Shown here one piece after another: positions 1 through 8,620 of a DNA stretch of 64,000 nt; within the stretch, counting starts at the first letter, position 1; the number at the start of each line of letters is the position of its first letter. The notes below the pieces were generated by a model. That model saw nothing but the letters and a program-made list of their open reading frames with translations. It was not told where the DNA came from and did no database searches. The stretch lies in NCBI GenBank assembly GCA_049968235.1, contig JBMFRC010000003.1:64001-128000 (forward strand). Reading direction: 5' to 3'. Source of the DNA: Candidatus Hydrogenedens sp. GTDB lineage: Bacteria; Hydrogenedentota; Hydrogenedentia; Hydrogenedentales; Hydrogenedentaceae. Made by a program: the position numbers and the translations under genes.

Positions 1-204
1 TAATCCGATAATAAAGCCCAGAATATAGTTTGTGGCACGTGTCGGGTCATCCAGTTGATTTATTCCCTTTTCGATTGCGGGCTGGCTATAAAAAAAACCA
101 GCAATGAGTATCATGAGCATCCCATAGCCAATAATCAGTCCTGTTAATGTACGGAACCAGTAGCGTCGGGTGATAATCCATCCACGTATTATCTCTGCTT
201 TCAT
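1..204 (-). CDS. ABC-2 family transporter permease, N-terminal part (gene runs off window start)
   Basis: ATG at 204 on minus strand; translation MKAEIIRGWIITRRYWFRTLTGLIIGYGMLMILIAGFFYSQP... is hydrophobic; immediately downstream of ABC ATPase in same orientation; weak SD. Confidence 0.4.
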   Translation of the reverse strand, partial: MKAEIIRGWIITRRYWFRTLTGLIIGYGMLMILIAGFFYSQPAIEKGINQLDDPTRATNYILGFIIGL

Positions 205-229
205 AATGAGTAGAAAACCAAGCATGATA

Positions 230-1309
230 TTATTCCTGTTCTTGTGAATTTATCGCATCAAATACGGGTTTTTCACCTGTAAGTTGTAAAAAGACATATT
301 CCAGATTTACCTGTTTTTGTTGTATGGAGCGTAATTGATATTTTTTCCTACGAAGTGTTTCAAATAGAAGATATAATGCTTCTGACCGTTCTTCATACGG
401 TTCCGGTACCTGCACCGTAATTGTAGGACCATCCGCCGTCAGGTCTGATTGGAGAAAAATAATCTGCGGACCAAGAGCATCGAGGTCCCCATCTGCCAGG
501 TTACGGTCTAATCGCAGGGAAAAGATTTGTTTTGAAAATAGTTCCAGCAGTTCAGAAGTAGGTTTGCAGGTAATAAGTTTTCCCTTGTTAATAATTCCAA
601 TACGATCACAGAGTTCTTGAGCCACATGCATATCATGAGTAGTAACCAGCACAGAACGACCATATTTTCGGGTCAGTTCCAGAATTTTGTCTTTAATGGA
701 GCGACTGCTTTGCACATCCAGACCCGTAGTAGGTTCATCTAACAGAATAATTTTGGGGTCAGCAATCAGAGCGATGCATATCGCTAATTTTTGCTTCTGT
801 CCTCGTGATAGTTTGCGAACTTCTATGTCTTTTTTGTCATTCAACCCGATAAAATCAAGTAGTTGATGGGCTCTTTCTTTGAGGATTTTTCCGCGAATAT
901 TTCGCAAATTTCCATAATAATAAAGATTTTCAAGAGGTGTCAGGGGCCAGATACTGGTTCGTGTTCCTTCAAGCACAACGCCGATTTGTGAAAGGACCTG
1001 TTTCCGTTTCTTTTCTACATTCATCCCATCCACATAAACTGTTCCACTATCCGGTTTTACTAGTCCTGAAATCATTTTTACCGTGGTTGTTTTTCCAGCA
1101 CCATTGGGACCCAATAATCCCATAATTTCACCGGGCATAATACCAAAAGTAATTTTATCTGCTGCACATGCTTCTTTCTTTTTTATTAAACTCCTCTTAC
1201 CTGTTTCCTCGTCTTTATAAAGAAAGTGAGATGTGTGAAAGGTCTTTGATACCGCATCAAGATAAACCGTATATTTTTTTATATTTGTATTCAATTCATT
1301 TTTATACAT
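230..1309 (-). CDS. ABC transporter ATP-binding protein with C-terminal extension
   Basis: Walker A GPNGAGKTT, ABC signature LSRGQKQKL, Walker B ILLDEPTTGLD; start overlaps stop of upstream CPBP gene (TAATG). Confidence 0.9.
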   Translation of the reverse strand: MYKNELNTNIKKYTVYLDAVSKTFHTSHFLYKDEETGKRSLIKKKEACAADKITFGIMPGEIMGLLGPNGAGKTTTVKMISGLVKPDSGTVYVDGMNVEKKRKQVLSQIGVVLEGTRTSIWPLTPLENLYYYGNLRNIRGKILKERAHQLLDFIGLNDKKDIEVRKLSRGQKQKLAICIALIADPKIILLDEPTTGLDVQSSRSIKDKILELTRKYGRSVLVTTHDMHVAQELCDRIGIINKGKLITCKPTSELLELFSKQIFSLRLDRNLADGDLDALGPQIIFLQSDLTADGPTITVQVPEPYEERSEALYLLFETLRRKKYQLRSIQQKQVNLEYVFLQLTGEKPVFDAINSQEQE

Positions 1310-2007
1310 TATGAAACTCCACCTCCTTCAAATAATGTCCTTTCTAATTCGTCCATACATTTATCGGGGTCATTTATCTCCTGCAACTTGTCTAAATACT
1401 CAAGGTAATTGCTTTCCATATTACGAATGAAATGTAGAATTGTTACAAAACCCAGGTCATTTGTAACATGGTAAAGAATGCTTATGATAATAGAGAATAT
1501 CAAAAATTCGATGTTCTGGCGTAGTTGATTTTGAAAAATATGTTCATGCACCAATGTAAAAGTGAGGGATACGATAAGAATCGCAATAGCGGGACTTCCC
1601 ATTATCCCTATCAGAATAGGTTGGATTGTAGCCCGATAAATAATCTCCTCTGTAAGTGCAACTGTAAAAGTCTTTCCTAATAACACCGGCGAAAGAAATG
1701 AGAAACGGAACACCTGTAAAAAGGATAGAAATTGATTTTTTACAATAGAATTAAAGCCTACTGTAATAAGAAATCCGATGGTATATAAAATATGTCCCAA
1801 TACTAATCCCACTATCCAATTAGGCACGAAAAATAAATTTCTGGGGAGTATTTGCTGGATAAATAGATAAAAAATCGCACAAATAAGTAAAAGGGATTGA
1901 ATAATTTTTACAATTGTAGTTAATTTCTGAATCTGGAAAAAATTGCGACATAATTCCAGCAGGAAATTCAAGGAGAAGAGGACTACAAGAATTATTTTGA
2001 TATTCAC
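1309..2007 (-). CDS. CPBP (CAAX/Abi) family intramembrane metalloprotease
   Basis: Multi-TM protein with EExxxR motif (TEEIIYR) and His motifs (LVHEHIF) typical of CPBP; 4-nt ATGA overlap with upstream GNAT. Confidence 0.7.
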   Translation of the reverse strand: MNIKIILVVLFSLNFLLELCRNFFQIQKLTTIVKIIQSLLLICAIFYLFIQQILPRNLFFVPNWIVGLVLGHILYTIGFLITVGFNSIVKNQFLSFLQVFRFSFLSPVLLGKTFTVALTEEIIYRATIQPILIGIMGSPAIAILIVSLTFTLVHEHIFQNQLRQNIEFLIFSIIISILYHVTNDLGFVTILHFIRNMESNYLEYLDKLQEINDPDKCMDELERTLFEGGGVS

Positions 2008-2624
2008 GAAGACTTCTCCAGATAATTCTTTATGCTTTCAGCCATTTTTTGTAGTGTAATTTCCCTTGTATGTTCGGTATTTTTTTCACGCCAGATTTGA
2101 AACTCCTGTTTTAATAATCCGTAAACATAAACATCATGCCAGACCCCGTTTCGTGTAATGTGTTCCTTTAGTGTGAGTTCTCGTTGGGCACCGAGAAATT
2201 CCAATAATTTCCATGATGGTTTATTGAAAGCATAAATAATAGCGGTAATGCGGTGTAAATTGAGTTCATCAAACGCATATTCCAATGCACGAAAAACATT
2301 AATTCCTGTCGTCAAATGATTCCGATGTTCCGGTGCTATATATACATCCAGATTGCAGGAACGATTCCGCCAGCTGATATTTTGTAGTGAAATCATTCCT
2401 AAAGGACCCTCCGGTGAATCAACGATGAAATATACACCAGCAGGGATAGGACTACCTGTATTTTTACTTAAAAACCCGATAATCTGTTCGCGAATAGTTC
2501 TTGGAGAACGGGCAGGGTCACCATACAGGAAGTATTGAAAATCTTCATCTTCCATCCAGCGGATAAGTGTGTCGAGGTCATCGCGGTCTGCTCTGCGGAT
2601 AAAAGATTTTGTAATAATACTCAC
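2004..2624 (-). CDS. GNAT family N-acetyltransferase (RimJ/RimL-like)
   Basis: RimL-like pattern ...ITAIIYAFNKPSWKLLEFLGAQRELTLKEHITRNGVWHDVYVYGLL; co-oriented in operon. Confidence 0.7.
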   Translation of the reverse strand: MSIITKSFIRRADRDDLDTLIRWMEDEDFQYFLYGDPARSPRTIREQIIGFLSKNTGSPIPAGVYFIVDSPEGPLGMISLQNISWRNRSCNLDVYIAPEHRNHLTTGINVFRALEYAFDELNLHRITAIIYAFNKPSWKLLEFLGAQRELTLKEHITRNGVWHDVYVYGLLKQEFQIWREKNTEHTREITLQKMAESIKNYLEKSS

Positions 2625-2637
2625 GAAAAACCCCTTC

Positions 2638-3183
2638 TTATTTCAATTCGACCGACAAAGTATTACTATTTTGAAATTTTGCCCATGTCTCAAGATTATG
2701 CCATTTCCCACAGGTGAATAGCACCTCTCGCATACATCCTTCACATTGATATGAATGATTTAATAGAAAGTTTCGCAGTCTTTCTTCCACATCCAGACAG
2801 GTTGTCATTAATTTTCTTAAATGGAGTTGTTGAAATGCCCGCACCTCAATAAATTCTAATGCTTCACCAATCAGAGCGGATTCATTATCGTAGGTCTCAT
2901 TTTCAAACAGGAGCATCATCTCCCCAAAAAGTGCCTCCGCATTTATCCCTTTTAGGATAACAAAGCCGGAAATATCTCCAATTTTATTTTCAACAGCATA
3001 AAAGGACTGAGCAGTATCTTTATGTTGAAGAAGTTCCTCCAACTCACTTAGATTGGGCATGAGCGGTTCTCGTTTCGTATCCAGCAGGGTGGCAAAGATG
3101 GGTTTGTGCAGGTAAAAACGGAGCAGTTCTTTTGCATCAAAACGGTCCGCATTGCGAATAGTCGCATAAGTCTTTTTTATCAT
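2638..3183 (-). CDS. GNAT-like N-acetyltransferase (divergent second copy)
   Basis: C-terminal half ...LRKLMTTCLDVEERLRNFLLNHSYQCEGCMREVLFTCGKWHNLETWA resembles RimL-type GNAT C-terminus; 13 nt from next GNAT. Confidence 0.5.
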   Translation of the reverse strand: MIKKTYATIRNADRFDAKELLRFYLHKPIFATLLDTKREPLMPNLSELEELLQHKDTAQSFYAVENKIGDISGFVILKGINAEALFGEMMLLFENETYDNESALIGEALEFIEVRAFQQLHLRKLMTTCLDVEERLRNFLLNHSYQCEGCMREVLFTCGKWHNLETWAKFQNSNTLSVELK

Positions 3184-3280
3184 ATAGAAAGGTTATATCC
3201 CGCAGTTAAAATTACACGCTTCCATGCCCTAAAATGGCATGAAGACAACTGAAAAAATCCCTGCTTATAATAACGAAAAG

Positions 3281-3400
3281 TTAAAAGCCAATTTCGTTTT
3301 TCTTTTCGTAGCGGAAATCCTGCCAGGCTCGCCACACCGCATTAAAAAAGTTTGTAAAGGCATCAGCTTTCCGTAATGTCAACTTTTGAATGTGCTTCAT
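3281..3400 (-). CDS. small peptide P1 (39 aa) MKHIQKLTLRKADAFTNFFNAVWRAWQDFRYEKKNEIGF; member of tandem paralogous peptide family
   Basis: Not in ORF track (<60 aa). Found by manual translation of minus strand; N-terminus MKHIQKLT matches the conserved motif of the three neighbouring small ORFs. Confidence 0.4.
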   Translation of the reverse strand: MKHIQKLTLRKADAFTNFFNAVWRAWQDFRYEKKNEIGF

Positions 3401-3451
3401 GTTCTTATTTCCCATATTACAAGTTTTAGGTGTTAATATATAAAAATTTAT

Positions 3452-3652
3452 TTAACTGCTTGAAGAGGTTGTTGTAGTAGTTGTTGTCCCGGTGCTCGGC
3501 AATGGAGACTCCGGGTCCTTATTCTTGAAAACAGGAATAAAAATTTTTATTATATCTTCAATAAATTTTATTATATTAACTGTGGTATAGGGGAAATCAC
3601 TCGCGGATAGGGGTTGAGTTATCTTCTGAATATGTATCTTATTACGCACCAT
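3452..3652 (-). CDS. small peptide P2 (66 aa from ATG 3652; track ORF uses GTG at 3661) ending ...STGTTTTTTTSSSS
   Basis: Contains KIHIQKIT near the N-terminus, which aligns with MKHIQKLT/MKHIRRLT/MKRIQCIT; hydrophobic middle; 11-residue Thr/Ser C-tail. Confidence 0.45.
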   Translation of the reverse strand: MVRNKIHIQKITQPLSASDFPYTTVNIIKFIEDIIKIFIPVFKNKDPESPLPSTGTTTTTTTSSSS

Positions 3653-3884
3653 ACTTCCCACTTCCGTCCAATGTTGAGGTATCTTCTGTATTTCTCGTTT
3701 CGAGTAAAGTTCGAACTGCTGTCAATATCTGAAGAAAAATTGTCAAAATAACATCAATCGTAACCGCTTGAACAGGTCTACTGTATGTCTGTCTTTTAAT
3801 ATGTTTCATAAAAATACCTTTAAACTATAAATCTATTATACTAAATATAAAGTATTTTACAAACTACAAAGATTCTGTATCTTA

Positions 3885-4070
3885 CTAACTGGTCGTAGTA
3901 TTTGTTGTTTCCTGAGGTTTTTTTACTTCCGCTAAAGGCAAGAAGAAATTTGTAAGCACAGAAAGCAAAAAACAAAGAAATGCCTGATAATCACTTGTGA
4001 TATTTGTGCAAAAGTTAGAACTTTGCTGTGCCCTTGATGGTTTAACAGTGATACATTGGATTCTCTTCAT
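3885..4070 (-). CDS. small peptide P3 (61 aa) MKRIQCITVKPSRAQ...FLCFLLSVLTNFFLPLAEVKKPQETTNTTTS
   Basis: SD GGAG 9 nt upstream; N-terminus is homologous to P4 (MKRIQCITVKPSRAQ vs MKHIRRLTATLHKAQ); Thr-rich C-tail. Confidence 0.45.
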   Translation of the reverse strand: MKRIQCITVKPSRAQQSSNFCTNITSDYQAFLCFLLSVLTNFFLPLAEVKKPQETTNTTTS

Positions 4071-4094
4071 TATTTCTATCTCCTTTTATTTAGA

Positions 4095-4250
4095 CTACGA
4101 AGAAGAGGAGGTGCCTCCTTCTTTAGCGACAAAAGCCTGAGCGACGACAGATAAAATATTCGCAATCAGGGTTAATATCTGTCCAATACTCAAAGTTGTC
4201 TCTATTTGTGCTTTGTGTAATGTGGCGGTTAATCTTCTTATATGTTTCAT
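4095..4250 (-). CDS. small peptide P4 (51 aa) MKHIRRLTATLHKAQIETTLSIGQILTLIANILSVVAQAFVAKEGGTSSSS
   Basis: Manual translation; lies out of frame inside track ORF 4123..4338; SD GGAG upstream; amphipathic/hydrophobic middle; SSSS tail; paralogous N-terminus. Confidence 0.45.
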   Translation of the reverse strand: MKHIRRLTATLHKAQIETTLSIGQILTLIANILSVVAQAFVAKEGGTSSSS

Positions 4251-4475
4251 TTTCCAACTCCCGTATATTGGTTATAATATTATCTAATATAGAATATTGT
4301 TTACATTCTATTTCATTACAGATTTCTTTTAATATCATATATTAATTTAATACCAAATTACATAAAAAAGTTTTCCCTTTCCACCTCATAATAACACGGA
4401 ATTATAAGATATATTTTACAAAATAAGAAGCAATATAGGAAATATTTAACAGAATTTAAGTATATCAATAACTTT

Positions 4476-7001
4476 TTATTTCTTTAATCGAGCACTGCTC
4501 ATCATAAATAACAATATACCGATAAATATAAAATCAAACAGATATTTCAATAAGGAATTGTTGTTTAAGGATTTGTTTATACAGCCACAAACATTTGTTG
4601 CTCCAGTTTCTTCCTTACTGATATTTCCATCACCATTCGTATCTATTTGATTAAATATTTCATGGGTTAACCATGGATACACAATACTTAACTCATCCCA
4701 ACTTAACATATTATCGCCGTTCGCATCAAACAATGAAAACCGTTTCTTGAGTATATTCTTTAATTCCTTTAATGTCATTGGACATGTACCCGCAGAAACC
4801 GTAATATTAACTACTGATTCCGGCTCTACCTGAGTTCCTGCGGGTGGATATTGAGTTATGACATTGCCTGTAGCTATGTCATTACTACACTCCTGGGTAA
4901 CATCCCCAACCTTCAGGTTTGCAGATTTTATAACATTTTTTGCAGAATCCTGGTTCATACCAACTACATCCGGAACCACATTTAATCCGACATACTGAGA
5001 CACTAATTGTGGATAAGATTTATTTTCTTTTATATACCATACTTTTTCAAAATCCCAACCATTAAAAGTGGCTTGCTGTTTCATTTTTGCCGTTGTTTTA
5101 CCCGTGCCACCTGCAGAATTTTTTTGTCCGGAAGTCTCTGTGTCCCAATATGAATTACTTACCGTACCGGAATGGTTATATCCCAAAAGCCCCCCAATAT
5201 ACGAAGCCCCGGAAGAATTGGACACAGAACCTGCTGAATAACAATAATTTATTGTGCCTCTATAATTTCCACCTACCAGTCCACCACTGTATAGAACTCC
5301 TGAAACAGACCCTATGGCATAACAGTTGCTAATTTCATTATTATTCTCACCTACCAGACCACCAACATTTATATGTCCCTGAGTTGTAACCTCCGCACAA
5401 CAACTACTTGCCTTACCCGAATTTGAACCTATTGCCCCACCAATAGAACTATATCCTGTTACAGACCCCTCTGCATGACAACCACTTACTGTACCATAAT
5501 TCTGACCTGCTAATATGCCTATAGAAGAAATATTCGTATCCCCGGAAACAGAACCTTTTGCATGGCAATTACTCACAGTACCATAATTTCGTCCTATTAA
5601 TATACCGACGGAAGTGGAAGTAACAGAAAGAGTATTTGTATGTCCTGATACGGAACCTTCTACATAACAATTACTTACTGTGCCATAATTTTGTCCTGCC
5701 AATATACCCACGAAAGAAGAACCCGCGACAATAGCATTTTCTATACTTAAATTTTTAACCACACCTTTCATATCAATATAGCCAAAGAAACCAACATAGT
5801 TTTCAGAAGGACGATTTATCGTTAGACCAACTATTTTATGCCCTTTACCATCAAAATTGCCTTTGAATGGATGCTCTTTATCTGCCCCTATAGGAGGCAA
5901 ATCTATTCCTGCAACATTAATATCATTAATTAATTCATAATCGCCATTCAAAGGATAAATGTCCCCTATCTTTTGCAATTCCCCGACATTATCTACAAGG
6001 ATAGTCCCCGGATTAATATTTCGCAGGAAAGGATATTGATATGGATAGGAATACACATCACTGCTGACATAGATTCTCCAAACTGTTTCAAAATCCCAGC
6101 CCACATAAGTGTTCTTTAATTTCATTTCTTCCGCTGTTTTCCCTGTTCCCCCATCAGAAGCACTCTGTCCGGATGCTATTATGTCCCAGTAACAATTACT
6201 AACATAGCCACTTTCTTTCTTTGCAATAAGCCCGCCTGTTATATGTTCTTCCGTTGAAGTCGCTGTTGACCGAACAGTTCCTCGACAATAACAATTAGTT
6301 ACACCATTTTCATTGCTGTTATTGTAGCCAATAAGTCCCGCAACATAATTCTTCCCTGTAATAGAACTTGAACTGTAACTATTATCAACAGAGCCTATAT
6401 TTTCACCTATCAATCCGCCAACACGATTTATTCCTGTTATAGATGCAAGATTATAACACTGACTTACTGTTCCCAAATTTTGACCCGTAATACCGCCAAC
6501 ATAATCCGTTCCTTTTACCGTTCCGCTGTTAACACAACTCTGTAATACTACACCGAAATTCCGACCGACAATCCCACCAACATTTGAATTACCTTTAATT
6601 GATATATTTTCTAAACGGAGATTATGGACTTTCCCACCAGCATCAACATATCCAAATAATCCAATATCATCCTCATCTCCCCGCGATATAACAAGACCTT
6701 TTATCTTATATCCTTTGCCATTAAAATCACCTGTAAAAGGACTATTAAATGTTCCTATGGGTTTAAACCCCGCTTTATCATTCCAGGTCGATGTGCTACT
6801 TGCGTCAATATCTTCTGTCAATTCATATTCCGCACTTAACGGGTAATTTGCATCATTACCTATTTTCTGTAATTCCTCAATACTGTTTATCTGGATTACA
6901 GTTGCACCATAACTGTTTCCGAAATAGAAACTCATGCAAAAAATAAAAAATAAACAAAAGGGGAAATATATGGTCTTTTTTGAAAAACTTCGATTATTCA
7001 T
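4476..7001 (-). CDS. large secreted surface protein: duplicated N-terminal module + GLUG-type (VGG[IL]xGxNxGx[IV]xNCY) repeats + PASTA domain + two dockerin/EF-hand-like Ca-binding loops + C-terminal TM anchor
   Basis: Signal peptide MNNRSFSKKTIYFPFCLFFIFCMSFYFGNSYG with strong SD (AAGGAG) before ATG at 7001; repeats GGIVGRNFGVV..C, VGGLIGENIGSV; PASTA-like VVPDVVGMNQDSAKNVIKSANLKVGDVTQE; DANGDNMLSWDEL and DTNGDGNISKEE; C-terminal FDFIFIGILLFMMSSARLKK. Confidence 0.7.
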   Translation of the reverse strand: MNNRSFSKKTIYFPFCLFFIFCMSFYFGNSYGATVIQINSIEELQKIGNDANYPLSAEYELTEDIDASSTSTWNDKAGFKPIGTFNSPFTGDFNGKGYKIKGLVISRGDEDDIGLFGYVDAGGKVHNLRLENISIKGNSNVGGIVGRNFGVVLQSCVNSGTVKGTDYVGGITGQNLGTVSQCYNLASITGINRVGGLIGENIGSVDNSYSSSSITGKNYVAGLIGYNNSNENGVTNCYCRGTVRSTATSTEEHITGGLIAKKESGYVSNCYWDIIASGQSASDGGTGKTAEEMKLKNTYVGWDFETVWRIYVSSDVYSYPYQYPFLRNINPGTILVDNVGELQKIGDIYPLNGDYELINDINVAGIDLPPIGADKEHPFKGNFDGKGHKIVGLTINRPSENYVGFFGYIDMKGVVKNLSIENAIVAGSSFVGILAGQNYGTVSNCYVEGSVSGHTNTLSVTSTSVGILIGRNYGTVSNCHAKGSVSGDTNISSIGILAGQNYGTVSGCHAEGSVTGYSSIGGAIGSNSGKASSCCAEVTTQGHINVGGLVGENNNEISNCYAIGSVSGVLYSGGLVGGNYRGTINYCYSAGSVSNSSGASYIGGLLGYNHSGTVSNSYWDTETSGQKNSAGGTGKTTAKMKQQATFNGWDFEKVWYIKENKSYPQLVSQYVGLNVVPDVVGMNQDSAKNVIKSANLKVGDVTQECSNDIATGNVITQYPPAGTQVEPESVVNITVSAGTCPMTLKELKNILKKRFSLFDANGDNMLSWDELSIVYPWLTHEIFNQIDTNGDGNISKEETGATNVCGCINKSLNNNSLLKYLFDFIFIGILLFMMSSARLKK

Positions 7002-7534
7002 CAAACAGCTCCTTGTTATTAATAAAATTACATGCAATAAACGCAATCAAATACATAGCTCTATTTCGCAATATATCTCTTTTAATTTATAAAATATCTT
7101 GTTGCCTCGGACTATCTTTGTATTTTAATAAGAAAGAGGCAATCCGCTTAAAATTTAAAGAAATACTATCATAGTATTATTGAATAATATAATTCTATTT
7201 TCAACATTTTAGAGTGATAATGAAATGTTAAAACAAACAAAATATTAACGGCATCTTTTGTGTCTCCGCTGACTGAATATAAAAAGATGAGCAAATAAGA
7301 AAAAGTTGTATTGTTTATAAGATAAAATCATTACGCATGTTATAAACGGTATTGTTATTTTATAATATAATTCCCGCTGTTCGTTGATAATACTATGATT
7401 ATTTCATACATGCTATTACCATACGGTCATTGGGAAAGATAGTTCAGGTTGCAATTTGATAATCACATAGAATTGAAATTACACTTATTACAGATTTTTT
7501 GTGTTCTGGAAAGTTAAATATAAGGAATGGGAAA

Positions 7535-8578
7535 ATGAAAAATGTATTGTTGCACATCTTCTTTATCTTGATTTTATCCTGTATTGCGACAGCACAAAAT
7601 ACGGATGTAGGAAATGCATCAGGCACAACACCTCCAGGGTCAGAAACGGAATTAAAAATAGGGTTAATAGGACTGGATACTTCCCATGTCATTGCTTTTA
7701 CGCGATTATTTAATGACCCTAATAATCCGAAACATATTCCCGGTGCCAGAGTAACATTGGGGTATCGTGGAGGCAGTCCGGATTTAGAAGCGAGTTATAC
7801 ACGTGTGGATGGCTTTACGGAACGATTAAAAAAAGAATATGGCGTAGAAATTGTAAATACTATTGAAGAACTCTGTTCTCGTGTGGATGCTGTTATGTTG
7901 ACCAGTGTTGACGGTAGGGTGCATTTAGAACAAGTAAAACCTGTGTTTCAAGCCAAAAAACGGGTATTCATTGATAAACCATTGGCAGGTTCTTTGATAG
8001 ATGTCATAAAAATTGCACGGTTAGCGAAAGAAAATGATATTCCATGGTTTTCCAGTTCCTCCTATCGCTATTATTCCAGTTTAACAAAGTTACGCCAGCA
8101 GGACGTGGGTCCCATTCATACAGTTATTTCGTATGGACCCTGCCATTTAGAACCTCATCACCCTGATTTGTTCTGGTATGGTATACACCCTGCTGAAGCA
8201 TTGTACACCGTCATGGGAAGAGGTTGTGAAACCGTATCCCGTGTTAGCACAGCCGATACCGATGTGGTTACAGGTGTGTGGAAAGATGGGCGTGTTGGTA
8301 TTCTCGTTGGACTGAGAAAAGGACCTTTACCTCATCAGGTTATTGCTTTCGGTGAGAATGGAACTGCCTATCAGGAAGAAGGGGGCGATTATGCGGAATT
8401 GGCACAGGAAGTAATTAAATTTTTTAAATCAGGGGTGCCTCCTATCACACCGAAAGAAACCATCGAAATTTTTGCTTTCCTGGAATCTGCAGATGAAAGT
8501 AAACGACAAGAAGGCAAACCAGTACGATTGGAAGAAGTTATTGCAAATGCGGAAAAACAAATCGCCGAAGGCAAATAA
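7535..8578 (+). CDS. Gfo/Idh/MocA family oxidoreductase, secreted
   Basis: Signal peptide MKNVLLHIFFILILSCIATAQ after SD AGGAA; Rossmann KIGLIGLDTSHVIAF; RVFIDKPLA motif. Confidence 0.8.
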   Translation: MKNVLLHIFFILILSCIATAQNTDVGNASGTTPPGSETELKIGLIGLDTSHVIAFTRLFNDPNNPKHIPGARVTLGYRGGSPDLEASYTRVDGFTERLKKEYGVEIVNTIEELCSRVDAVMLTSVDGRVHLEQVKPVFQAKKRVFIDKPLAGSLIDVIKIARLAKENDIPWFSSSSYRYYSSLTKLRQQDVGPIHTVISYGPCHLEPHHPDLFWYGIHPAEALYTVMGRGCETVSRVSTADTDVVTGVWKDGRVGILVGLRKGPLPHQVIAFGENGTAYQEEGGDYAELAQEVIKFFKSGVPPITPKETIEIFAFLESADESKRQEGKPVRLEEVIANAEKQIAEGK

Positions 8579-8620
8579 TACAAAAGAATACTTCTTTAGA
8601 TTTTAATAAATATTGTTAAA

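Noticed and set aside
4123-4338. 71-aa track ORF MILKEICNEIECKQY...
   Set aside because: No SD, atypical composition; an alternative-frame 51-aa ORF (4095..4250) is homologous to neighbouring peptides and has an SD.
7499-7534. N-terminal extension of oxidoreductase ORF (MCSGKLNIRNGK...)
   Set aside because: The internal ATG at 7535 has an SD (AGGAA) and begins a canonical signal peptide; the extension is likely non-coding.
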